From Reclinomonas americana ATCC 50394 (lineage: Eukaryota), in the NCBI GenBank assembly GCA_048213135.1, contig PS015034.1:74054-138053 (forward strand): a DNA stretch of 64,000 nt. The letters are read 5' to 3'. Below, piece after piece: positions 11,601-23,793 of the stretch. Each line of letters begins with the position of its first letter. Position 1 is the stretch's first letter. The translations under genes and the position numbers were made by a program. The notes under the pieces are model-generated. The model had not been told where the DNA came from. It was given only the letters and a program-made list of their open reading frames with translations, and did no database searches.

Positions 11601-14600
11601 GTGCCACCGCCACATTTACCTCCATGCATGCAATCTCGTTCCACAGATCGAGTTTCCACTGCGCAAGGCCACCAGGCTCGCCAGCGTAGGCTGCCGCTCC
11701 ACCCGGCTCACGCTCGTCGCCAGAGCTCGCCTGCAATGGTGGCGGAAGGCGCCGCCCGCCACCCACACCACCGTGCTCATCATCATCGCCTTCCTCGTCG
11801 TCATCACCATCATCATTGTGATCGTGGGAGTGGCGCTGGTCGTCGCGCACGTGGGAGAGGTGTGATTCGAGGGCGTTGATCTCGGTCGTCGCATTCGCAA
11901 TCTCCGTGTCAAGCGTGGCCTTTTCTCGTCGCAACTCCTCTGCGCCACACCATCAACATGAGTAAATGGAAAACAATCGATGCACACGCGTGCTACGTCA
12001 CGAACCGACGTGCAAACTCAAATCCAACGCGCTCTTCTCGTACTGTGCTGCACGATCTGCCAAGGATGTGGATGATTGTTAGCAACATTCGTGACTTTAG
12101 ATGTGCGTCCCAGAATGAGCACCAACCAGCCAGCGTATCACACTGCTCGGACACCTCGGTGCGCGTCGCTTCCAGATCGTGCAACTCGGCCGACGATCTG
12201 CTCCGACATACACGGGTCAGCAAACACCTTGAAAGCGCAGGGAGCGTGCGAGTACACAACTGATGAATGGCACGGTGTACGCGATTCAGTTCCGTCTGTG
12301 CCTCATGTAGCTGCTGCAGCGTCCTGTTTCGTGCAGGCAATGCACCGGGTTATAACACAGCTGACCAAGAAACAATGACAGAATAGTACGCGTACGCACC
12401 ACTCATGCTCCTGCTTCACCGAGGTGAGCGCTCGTCGGGATTCCGCCATTTCCGCATGCATTGCCGTCTCCGCAGGGCTTCTGCACACATCGTCAGCAAC
12501 GAGCTACTGCGCAGACACCTCACAAAGCGCAACGATTGCGTGGGTGACGGTGTCCGACCACTGCAGCCACACAAACACACAAGTCACACAACATGACTCA
12601 TGCACACCATGAGGCAAAGCGCCATCACAAACCGCGTGTACAATGGAGACTCGGCGCCCTCGATGAACGAGGAGGCACCCTGTGATGGGCGATGAGTCAC
12701 TCAATTCAGCCGACAATGCTGCGTGTGCACGCAACTGCCAGCTGCTGTTTGCCGCTCAGCATCGCTTTCAGTGCCGTCACCTGTTGCTCGCTCGTGCGCC
12801 GACTCTTTTGTTCCATCAGAAGATCCTCTTCGAGTTTGCTCACACGGGAGCGCAATTGAGCTGTGAGGCGCGCGCATCGCATTGGCATGAGACGCGCACA
12901 AACAGTGACAAACTTGAAAGCAGAACGCACAGATTTGCACCGTGTCCATGCGTGCCTCGTCGAGCGCGAGACCCTTTGTGACGTCCTCCGCCTTGTAATC
13001 GTCCAGCAGCGACTCGACGGCGTCGGCTGTGGCCTCCACCAGCGAGTGCACATCACGATGCTGTCGCAGCGACGAGGCCACACTTGCCGACATGACCGTG
13101 ATGACACGCCGTGACGCCAGCGTGCTGAGAAGGTCCACGGCAAAACCGCTGTACGCCGACGCATCGATCTTGGTCGAGGCCGTCTGGCGAGCGCGCACTG
13201 TGTTGAGTGAAGAGCACATACAAGCACGCACACACAGAAAAGGAGGGGAAGCATTCTCGCACCGAAGACACTGTGACGGCGTGCACCTCGTCCAGCAGCG
13301 CCTCTGTCTGCTGGTTGAGATGGCGCTGGGCCTTCAGCCGCGATCGCAGAGCACTGATCTCGGCATCGAGAGCCTGCTTTTCCGCTGTGAGAGTTTGGAT
13401 TGTGCGCAATCCAACGTTGCGTTCCACAGTGAGATTGTACACCGTCTCCTCGGCAAAGTTGCGGTACTTGGATGCCTCAATGAGGAAGTCTTGTAGCTGC
13501 TGGTGAATGCTCAGGTAGCGTTGCGAGACGGCGTAGCCAGAGGACGATGAGGAGCCCTGTGCGTGTCGGGGGCGGAATGAGGGCACGGAGAACTATAAAG
13601 TCGACGTGAGAAAAAAGTGCTTTAGGCAAAGACGAACCGTGTTCTGCGAGTCTGCACAAGACGCAATGAAGAAGAATGTGAGTCGAGTGCATTGCGTGGC
13701 GGCGAGGGGCGCAGGGCGACGCACCGCTGACAATCACCAGGCACTCTTGATTGAGTTGCGAAATCTTCTCCAGCAGATCGCTCGATGCCGACGGCTCCGA
13801 CACGGTCAGCACAGCACTACGACGGAGGGCGGCTGCATCGTGGTGACCCGTGTCACTGCCGCTCTCTGCGGCACTCGCCATGAGACACGTTTCGCACACG
13901 AAGAGACACGGCACATGCACTCACCTCCGGAACTCAAGCCCAAGTCGTCGCCTGTCACATCCATCACTGACTGATCGAATGCCGCCATGCGTTCCAGCAC
14001 GCTTGCCGTCGTCCCGCGACGATTCTCCAGCTTGCCCAGTTGCTCCTCAATGTCACTCTCCTGCCGGCGGCCCTCAAGCAGCTGCGTCTCCAGCTCCGCG
14101 AGTCGCTCGACCATTTGTGCGTGGAACCTGCACACAGATGAATACTCGTTTGCGACAGAGAAGAGACTGAGTGTCACACGCACCGAGTCTCCGCTCGGCT
14201 GGCGCGCAAGTCTGGCGTCGATGTGGGTGGCGTAACAAACGTGCCGGAGGTCTGTGGTCCAGTGGCGGTCGGCGATCCATGCACCACGGTGGTGTGCGTC
14301 GCAGTTCTCTCCGAGCCCGTCATGGTAGTGGTGGTAAACGACGGTGCCTCGCTGAACTGACGATCGATACGCGCCTCGTCTAGTTCCTGTTGCAGCAGTG
14401 AGAGTTGCTGCAGGGCGCGATTCAGCTCCACGGCCTTGCGTTGAAGCTGTGCAGACACGCGCGTGAGCCACGCATGTGTCGATCGGTGACAAAGGGATGC
14501 AAGGCGCACACCATCTTCGACTTGATGTCGAGCTCCTCCACCAATTCCGTGTTGCGCGTTTGCAGTCGCGCACACTCGTCCTTGACTGCGTCGACGCGCT

Positions 14601-15537
14601 TCTCCGCGATCTCTGCACGCGCTCGCTGCTCTTCCGCCTCGATGCGATACCTCTCCGCCTCCTTCTTTCGATCGGCAGCCACACGACGCATGGCCTCCAA
14701 CTCGGCTACACGATGCACCACAGTGAGCTTTCATCCCCCCTGGCCCAACTCACTCTCCCTCGTCGGCACGCAACACTGATCCCAATGCTCATCGGCTCGC
14801 CGACGCTCCTCCATGGTAACCGCATCGCCATCCAGCACCGCCAGCGACCGCAACGCAAACACTGTCAACGCACGCCAATGCGGCAACGACTCGAGCGGGT
14901 TGTCGCGCAGCGACAGCTCCGACAACTGCGGCAACGCTCGCAAGCGCGTCACATCGCGCACAACGCCCAACAGGTTGCCCGACAAGTCCACCCGCCTCAA
15001 CACACTCAATCGCTCCCACGGGAAGCGCTTCGGCAGGCGTTCCAGGCGATTCCACGACACATCCAGCACCTCCAATCGCGACAACACCTCAATTCCATCG
15101 AGGCACTCCAGACGATTATCCGACAAGTTGAGCTCAGTCAGCGATGCAGCCACCGCGGAGAGACCATCCGCGCGCGATATCAAGTTGTGTGAGAGATTGA
15201 GAGAGATCAGAGGCGTCGCAGCCGCGCTCAAGTTCTCAATGCGCTGTTTTGGCGGGAAAAGAAGCGATCAATCGCTGAGTGCGAGAGTGAGTGTGTGAGT
15301 GAGAGACGCAACAACGATCTTCAAGTCGTCTTGCCCGACGAGCACCAGAGTGGCGCCTGCGGAAGTGGGCGAGGAGGCTGTGCGTGCGCGCACGAGTGAC
15401 TCGGACATGTGTCGCGTGAGGACCGGACTGGCGCCGCCGCCTTCTCCGCCTGGTTGCACCAGAGGCGCAGGCGGAGGAGGCGTGTGTGCCTCTGTGGCTT
15501 GAGGCGTGGAGGCGCGGCGGCCTCCGCGACTGGTCAT
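2629..15537 (-). CDS. Very large multi-exon protein with N-terminal LRRs and extensive coiled coil (centriolin/LRRCC1-like); could be more than one gene
   Basis: ATG at 15537. SDS22-type LRRs (LISLNLSHNLISRADGL, LTELNLSDNRLECLDGI) and an LRR cap (LRDNPL...LAVLDG) at 14780-15245. Many E/Q/R/L-rich heptad exons follow, ending GGGGDFY* at 2629. Interrupted by gaps. Confidence 0.65.
3529..5000 (+). CDS. Coiled-coil exons on a gap-flanked contig, probably part of the surrounding minus-strand gene but inverted in the assembly
   Basis: The contig begins inside an intron (…GTAG|CGT GAT GCT) and ends inside an intron (GTGAGA). It has no start or stop of its own, and its composition matches the flanking gene. 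Confidence 0.65.
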
Positions 15538-15785
15538 TTAAGGGGGATGCGTGAGTGCGCGGGAAATGCGTCCTGTGAAGTTGCAGAGACTTCACTTACG
15601 TACGTATGCGAATGACCGCCAGCTGCAATGATTTCCCCCCATTTTTCATCGTTTCTTGTTTCACTATTTCTCTTCAAAACATGCACATGGACAACTTGGG
15701 GGCTGGCTTCGAGGCACGACATGCATGCCTCATTCTTTTTCTCTTGGGGGGTGGTGTAGTGGCAAAAAAAGTGGCGCCGTGGTCA

Positions 15786-18700
15786 TTACTGTGTGCGATG
15801 GTGAGTTACGAGTGCTTGCGAATCGTGACGCGACGACAACGCACGCAAACCTTCTTGTGCACACTGTCGTAAACGTGGACGAGAATGTCGCCGTATGAGC
15901 CGATTCCGCACACGTTGTCCTCGACGAGCCGCGTCAAGAAACGCGACGCGAAGTCGTGTGTTCGCCACAACACGCGCACCGGGAAGAAGCCCGAGTGTGC
16001 GGCGCGCAACTGGTACACAATCTTGCGTACTCTTCTCGAGTAATCGGAATCCACGTCAGGCAGCTCACCCTGCACGCAAAGAGTGAGCTCACGATTTTCC
16101 TCACACTTCCCCACACAGCAACGCACCACAGCCACAGCGTCACGGAATCGATCGTCGGCTTGATCCACTGGATCGCACCCAAACAGCTCGTACCGTGTCT
16201 CCAACGGCGTGGTGTCGCCAATCCACACAACAATTTGACCCCACAAATCCACATTGTCGAGAATGTACACGGAACTCGTCCGAATAAACGATGAGTTGAG
16301 TGGCACGTCGGGAGGCATGATAATGTCGTCCGGATGTGTAGACAGGCCGTGGTCAACGGCCGGTTCACCCCACTGCGAAGAGGGAAGAGCGAGATGTGTG
16401 AGTGACGTCGTATCAATAACGGTGGGAGAAGAAAAATAACCAACCATCAGATTGGCTGGCTCGGCCAGCATCAGGCGTGGGTACAGCATGCGCCACAACT
16501 TGGCGGGCGATGCATTCTCCAACGCCAAGTAGAACGCCAATGACCGATCCAGTGGACACCGATTCGGCCAGTGGAACACCGGGCTCTTCAACAACGCCAT
16601 GACTGCACGGCACAGGGTCAGTTGCCGACAATAAGATGTGAGCACACAAGTGCCGCGAAAAAGACGCAACTGAAGAGCGGCAAAGTCTTGAGCTTCTCCG
16701 GCAGGATCAGCTTGCCGACAGCAGACTCGCCACCACATTCACTGCGCAGCGCGATGAGTGGCGAATCGACTATGCATGAAGGAGGAGATAAATACTCAAC
16801 TTCTTGTACGCCGTCAGCATCGTGGTCATCGAGTCCATCACCTGCGTGGCCGCCGCCTGCTTGCCCTCCTCGGGCAAGACGCGCAGAGCTGTACATAATA
16901 GTTATGGATCAGCAACAGACGGGACGCAGAGAATTGAATGAATACATGTGTACCTTTCATGCTCCACACTCCAAGCACCGCCGCCAGATCCGAGTGCTCG
17001 TACAGAGCCGAGATGGATGTTGACGACACCACCGTGGCGGTGTGTGAGCGCAGTTTCCGCACACCACACTCATCCGTGTACCTGTGACCACATGTCAGCG
17101 ACCGATACTAAAAGAGACAGACGATTTGCGCGGTCACGCAACAAGACAGCAAACTGCAGGCAACACTTGGCACCGGCCGGGATGGGGTCGTCGTGCTGGA
17201 AGGTAAACGTAATGGTGCTGTCCTGGTCCATGCCCGCCAAGTAGAACTCCCGATGACCACGCTCCGTCATGTTGACGAATCGGGTAATGTTGGTGCGAGG
17301 CATGTACACTTCCTCGATGCACAATCCTGCGTGCATGCGTGGTCAGTCACGTACATCGACAACACACACACACGCCACCGCCGGCACGAGGCGCTCTCAC
17401 CAGTTGAACACCGAAGCTTGAAAATGCAGTCGCGGTACTTGGGCATCTGCAGGTGCGTCGACAACTGCGAGACCAACTGGCTGTAGTCCGACGGTCCGAG
17501 TCCCGAGTAGAGGAACAGCTTGCCGCCCGTCATGCGCGGCAGCGTGGCAATCGTGACAATGTCCGAGTACTCGTGGCCGACCATAAACAGATCGCAGCAC
17601 ACGCCGTAGTTGGCCATGTCACGGCCGAGGTGCGCAAAGAAGTCATTCTTCAGCATGTCCGGCACCAACAACTTGTGTTCCTTCTTGATGTCACCCAGCA
17701 CGCCGGCCGTCGAGCGAGGACCAGCCGTCATGCCAGCGCCGACCGCGTGGTGGTTTGGTGTGTTGGCAAACACGTACATGCGGCCGCCACAGCTGTCGCA
17801 TAGACTCTGCACGACATGAAAAAAGTGAGCAACAAGGTCACACAGCACAACAAAGGAGAGAATGGCACACACGCACCAGCATTTGTGTGGCCGCCAACAT
17901 GGCCGCGCCGACACACCCACGCGACGAGCTGGCCGACGAATCGGCGGCCGACTGGTGCACCTCGGGCGGAGCGAAAATCGGCGAGTTCGGGTTCGTCAGC
18001 AGCGCGCGCAGAGCAGTCTCGTTGCGATACACCGGGCCACCGCGCACACGCGCCTGCGGCGAGAGTGGGGTGTCGGTGTCGTCGCTTCCGAGTCGGAACA
18101 TGCCACCATCCTCAATCGGCACAAAGACGTCGTGCGGGTTGCTGACCGTCAGCTCCTTGATGCGTCCCGTCCTCTGCGCGACGACGACGACGACGACGAG
18201 GCAAAGTGAGTGGCTTTGCTCTCTCTCTCATTATTTTCTTGCCTCATGCGTCCCACTCACCGTGACACTGTAAAAGTGCAACTGCGAGTCGAACACGACC
18301 AGAGCCACACGTGCGCGACGAGCAATCAGCGCGTCGAGGTTCTCGAGAATCGAGTCGGCCACGGCACGGACCAGCAGGCCGCGCTGCACGACAAACACGT
18401 GGGCCATGGGGGTGGCGGCCTTGAGGTTCGGGTGCGGACCGAGATCAAACGACGCCGAGGCGCCGACACCCGAGGGCGTCGAAGCCAGCGAGCTGGGCGA
18501 GCCCAGGGTGGGGTTCGACGGACTCGCCGGTGATCCCAGACGACCGACACGGCCGGCGGCTGGTGTCGACGGTGCCGTCGGGGACTTGATGGTGAGGTCG
18601 TCGAGGACCGACGGGTCGGTCTCCGGGCCAAAGAGCGGCTGGTTCGAGTACAGTCCGGGCGGGGCGTCAATGCCGGAAATCTGGGAGAAGGCAAAAGGAG

Positions 18701-21700
18701 AAGGGTGAGAGGGGGCAAAGGGGGAAGGAGGAAGGGGGAAGAGGGAGGGGGAGAAGGGGAAGGGAAGGGGGAGAAGGTGGAAGGGGGAGGGGCGAAAGGG
18801 GTGAAGGGGGAAGGGGGAGAAGGGGAAGGGAAGGTGAGAAGGGGGAGGAGAGGACAGAGGGGAAGAGAGGGGAAGAGAGGGGAAGAGAGGGGGTAGAGAG
18901 GGAACACACACGGACATGCAAATGCACACAGACAGAGAAGGAGAGATGGAAGACATACACACAGAGGGAAAGGAAGAGAAGACAGACAGAGAGAGAGAGA
19001 GAGAGAGAGAGAATGTGAGTGCGCGCGACGCAACAAATGCAGCACTCTGGCGGCGAGACATTTGGTCCGAGCCCTGACCGGCATCGATAGACAGCTTCTT
19101 GTTGAGCGCCGCGACAAGCGTCTGATCGATCTTCTCCGTCGTGTACTGTGCGTGGATGCAAGTGAATGAGTTGTTGGGGAAAGATATGTGCCTGCGGGTG
19201 TGCGCGCACGGTAACAAACCTCGGAGCTGGCCAGCAACGGCTTGGGGAGTGGCATGTAGTACTCGGGCGCCATGCGGAAGTCGACGCTACCGGCGGCGAG
19301 TTCCACACGCTGGAAACGATCGGTGCGGTTGCTGTCACCGTCCAGCGTGCTGTAGTACGTGCCGTCCACGTCGTTGATGCACGAGCAAATGTTGCAGACG
19401 AACTTCCAGCCGTTCTCGCGCCACCGCGTGCCCGAGTTCACGTAGGTGCCACAGCGACGGCAGCGGCACTTGGTGATCTCGCCGTCGACCTCGCCCGCAA
19501 AACTCTTGGATTCGCCGACGCCGTCCTGGGTGAGAGGAGAGTGAGAGGTGAGAAGGTGGAGAAGGGGAAAGAGTTGAGTGAAGAGGGCGCTGACAAACCT
19601 CGCCAGGTACGGGGACCGCAAAGGGAGTCACAATGGCTCCCATTGGCAAGCCAGTGGCCGTCAATTCACGGCGCGTGTTCGGGATGCAGTACATGGACAG
19701 GCGCATGTAACGCGACGACGCATTGCCTTCGTCATACGTCACGTACTTGCTAAACATGGGCGGTGGTACCAATTGCGACAGAGTGCGATGGACCTGCAGA
19801 GAAAAGGAATGAGCAAGGAAGAGGGAGGAGGAGGAAAGAGATGAGATGTCTGTGGGGTACGTACCTCGACCTTCTGGCCGCGCAAAAAGTTGCCAGGGAC
19901 ATGAGTCGGCAAGCTGCGCGGGTCGACGCGGGATGTGCCCGACTGGCCACTTGTCTGTGACTGCGCGCGGGTGGAGGAGAAGGGGGTATAATTAGCGACC
20001 AGGGATGAAGGGCAAGGAGTGAAGGAGAAGACAACGCGCAGTGAAAGGGGGCGATGGAGTGAAACTTAATCGCTTACTCCGCGCACATGAGACGAGAACA
20101 TTCACGCAACGTTAAGCGACTCCTCCTGCGGCGGCAACATCGGCACATCGTCCGGCATCGAAGTCGGTGGCGCACCCTACAAAAAAAAACGCAAAGATCA
20201 GCCAACGCGTGTCGCACAAAAGAACGAAAGTGAAGGGAGAAGAGATAAGCCAACACGTTTCGTGCGAAGAGACGAAGTGAAGGAGGAAAACAAGTGAGCG
20301 AGGAAGGGAGACGATCTTTGTAATGGAAAAGACAAGCCACTTACGCCAATACGTGTCGCGCAGAGAATGGGGGTGAGAGAGACAGGGAGAGTGCGAGGAA
20401 CAGCGAGAAACTGAGAACGAAGAGGCGTTTAAGAAGCTGGGAGACAAACGGAATTGGGTGGAGCCCGAGGTAGAATTGAGAAGACAAGTCGCATGCGCCA
20501 ACACGTGTCGCACGAAGGAAGCAGGCGAAAGAGAGAGACACGGAAGAGTGAGGAGAGAAGAGGAAGAGAGACAAGCGAGCGAGAAAGGAATAAAGTGACT
20601 TCGAAGAAAAGTGGAGCCCGAGGCAGAATGGAAAAGACAGGTCATACGCCAANNNNNNNNNNNNNNNNNNNNCACGTGTCGCGCAAAGAATGTGAACACG
20701 AGTGAGATAGGGAGAGGCAGGAGGCGAGACAGAGAGAGAGGGGGAGAGAGAGAGAGAGTTTGGAAAGAGAAAAATGGAGCCCGAGGCAGAATTGAGAAGA
20801 CAAGTCGCATACGCCAACACGTGTCGCGCAAAGGAAGCAGGCGAAAGAGAGAGACACGGAAGAGTGAGGAGTGAGGAGGAAGGGAAACAAAAGANNNNNN
20901 NNNNNNNNNNNNNNNNNNNNNNNNNNNNNNNNNNNNNGCAAGAAAACGAGAAAGGAAGAGGTGATTGAGAAGAAAAGCGAAAAAGTGGAGCCCGAGGCAG
21001 AATTGAGAAGACAAGTCAAATCAACCAACACGTGTCGTGTAGAGAGGCAAGACAAGCAAGAATGGCGAGAGGAGAGAGAGAGGCTGTGAGGAAGCAAAGG
21101 CAACGACAAGAGCATGGCATCAAAACCCCACCAAAACCCCACCTGATACGCCGGCGAATACGTGCCGCCCGACGACGGTCCAATCGCGCTCGCGCCATAC
21201 GCCGGCGACATGACGCCCGAGTAGGCCGCATACGGCGAACCCGGCTGCTCAGCCGACGGATGCTGCTGATGAAACGGCGACACGGCCTGCGGAAGCGCAC
21301 CTTGCACGGCCGCCGCCTGCGCCGCATAATACGAATCTGGCGTGGACGGCGCACGCACAGCAGCAGAAGGCGACATGGGTGGCGTCGATGGAGTGGCAAT
21401 GGGTGAGCCGAATGAGCCGGCAAAGGAGGCGATCTGCGCGTGAGAAAAGGAGCCCACGAGCCCGCCCACTGCCGCTGGCTCCATTGTTGCTGCTGCTGGT
21501 GAAGGCGCATCACTGCTTGTGTAATAGTAGCCTGCGCTGGGTGGTGGTGGCGGCAGTGAAGGAGCGGCACGTGACGAGGCAGTGGAGGATGGCAGCGATG
21601 GCGAGCGCCCAAAGCCCGCCACTGCGCTGTCCAGTCCGTTGGCTGGTGCTTGCTGCTGGTGGTGTTGATGCTGTGCAGCTGCTGCAAAGGGCGAGCTTGG

Positions 21701-21847
21701 CAGCACAGCGCCTGCGGGGGCAAAGGGCAGCGATGGCATCACTGCACCGACCATGCCCACACGCTGTTGTTGTTGCAGTTGTTGAGAGGCTTGAGGCGAG
21801 GCATAGGGGTCTGCCTGTGTGAAGAACAGCCCGGAAGGCGGGTTCAT
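15786..21847 (-). CDS. SEC24: COPII coat subunit Sec24
   Basis: Pro/Gln/Ser-rich N-terminus; DEGNASSRYMRLSMYCIP motif; zinc finger CRRCGTYVN...CNIC; trunk, beta-sandwich (LRCSTG) and gelsolin-like C-terminus (RFLTRLVED...SYGDILVHVY). Stop is at 15786 if the last intron is spliced, otherwise 15806. Confidence 0.93.
20190..21050. repeat. Intronic repeat array in Sec24 intron 1
   Basis: Core TGGAGCCCGAGGCAGAATTGAGAAGACAAGTCGCATACGCCAACACGTGTCGC at ~20460, ~20612, ~20775 and ~20987, with partial copies at ~20200, ~20250 and ~20325. Confidence 0.85.
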
Positions 21848-22000
21848 TGTGAGCGCGGCGAGACAACTTCACAAAAAAGATCGTTTTTTTTTGTTGCGTG
21901 CCGGAAAACGAATTTGCGGTAGGGACAGACGCGGACAATGAGTCATGTGGCATAGTGCCGTTACAAGTGCGTGCGTTTGTGTGTGTGTGAGAGAGAGACC

Positions 22001-22604
22001 ATGCCGCCCAAGGCTGGCAAGAAGGGCAAGAAGGGCAAGTCGGCGGAGCCCGAAGAGCCGCCACCACCCATGTCGGTGAGTTGCATTCACTCTCTCTCAC
22101 AAACACACACTCTCTCTCTCTCTTATCTCTCTCACACACAAACACACGCACACACACACACACACATGAAGGTTATGTACGCCTATCGATCATTAAGGCG
22201 TCGCCTAACCCGTCACCTTTTCTCATCTTTCTCTCGCACGCACGCAAACAGACACTCTCTGCTCTTCACACTCACACACACACACACTTTCTCTCACTCT
22301 CACACACTTACACTCACACACACTGTCTCTCTCATAGACACTCAGTGGCCACTCTCCCTCTTCTCTCTCCTCTCTCACATTCTTTTCTTCTCTCTCTCTC
22401 TCTCTCTCCCTCTCTCCCTCTCTCCCTCCTTCTTTCTCTCTCTCTCTCCCTCTTCTCATTTTTGTGTGTCTTCTTCTTCTTGCAGGAGGACGAGCGTGAG
22501 CTGTTCATCTCGGAGAAGATGAAGCAGGTGTGGTCGCAGTTTGACAAGCTGAAGCAGAACAAGATCCCCATGGACATGCTGCAAGAGTACTTGTATACTG
22601 TTGG
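22001..22604 (+). CDS. Small EF-hand/calmodulin-like protein, 5' part only (rest lies in the gap); possibly flagellar
   Basis: MPPKAGKKGKKGKSAEPEEPPPPMS|EDERELFISEKMKQVWSQFDKLKQNKIPMDMLQEYLYTV has a degenerate EF-hand pattern (F-D-x-x-x-x-x-I). Donors are GTGAGT. Confidence 0.6.
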
Positions 22605-23793
22605 TGAGTGGGTGAGAGAGAGAGAGAGAGGGNNNNNNNNNNNNNNNNNNNNNNNNNNNNNNNNNNNNNNNNNNNNNNNNNNNNNNNNNNNNNNNNNNNN
22701 NNNNNNNNNNNNNNNNNNNNNNNNNNNNNNNNNNNNNNNNNNNNNNNNNNNNNNNNNNNNNNNNNNNNNNNNNNNNNNNNNNNNNNNNNNNNNNNNNNNN
22801 NNNNNNNNNNNNNNNNNNNNNNNNNNNNNNNNNNNNNNNNNNNNNNNNNNNNNNNNNNNNNNNNNNNNNNNNNNNNNNNNNNNNNNNNNNNNNNNNNNNN
22901 NNNNNNNNNNNNNNNNNNNNNNNNNNNNNNNNNNNNNNNNNNNNNNNNNNNNNNNNNNNNNNNNNNNNNNNNNNNNNNNNNNNNNNNNNNNNNNNNNNNN
23001 NNNNNNNNNNNNNNNNNNNNNNNNNNNNNNNNNNNNNNNNNNNNNNNNNNNNNNNNNNNNNNNNNNNNNNNNNNNNNNNNNNNNNNNNNNNNNNNNNNNN
23101 NNNNNNNNNNNNNNNNNNNNNNNNNNNNNNNNNNNNNNNNNNNNNNNNNNNNNNNNCCCTGTGCTTCTCTGCTCTCCACGTCGTCGGTGCTGCGGTTCTT
23201 GTATGTCTCATGCGACCCTCTTCGTTGTACCATGGCTGTTTTTACGCTTCTATTCTCTTCGCCGCCGAAGTTTCCAAGTGGTCTTCGCCTTTCCGCCCTC
23301 GACTTCAGTGCCACGTGCTTTGTTGTGCCATGGCTGCAGTAATCTTCGTCAACTTCTGCTTCTCATCATTATCCAGTGATCCTCGCTTCTGCGACGTGCT
23401 TTGGCGGTGCTTCGTTTCTCTTCGCCGTCGACGATTCTAACCAAGTGTTCTCCACTTCTCTGCCCACGACTTTACTTTGTTGTCGCTTGTGCTTCTGAGC
23501 TCTTAATCCTCACTTCCCCATCCGCCTTCCTCTCTTCCCGCTCCTATACTGCTGCTGTCACTCTTGATTCCCTTCCCCTCCTCTCGCCTCCCCCTCCTCC
23601 ATATCATCTCGCCGTGACCTTCATTTCCGCACCGCTGAGAGATCTCTTTTCCGTCCACCCACTCGTACAGATGTTAATCTTAAACACAAGAGCAAAAACA
23701 CAACAAGCAACACAACTCTCTCTCTCTCTCACACACACACACACTCACACTCTTTTTTCGCAACACTAACTACACACACAATCACACGCCACG

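Noticed and set aside
18685-19015. Long polypurine/polypyrimidine and (GA)n/(CA)n tracts (also ~22090-22460, 29090-29300, 29600-29950) producing long Leu/Ser/Pro or Arg/Glu ORFs
   Set aside because: These are intronic simple repeats, and the ORFs over them are compositional artefacts.
20190-21050. CRISPR-like repeat-spacer look
   Set aside because: Eukaryotic intron, repeats too long and degenerate, spacers are related low-complexity sequence, and there are no cas genes.
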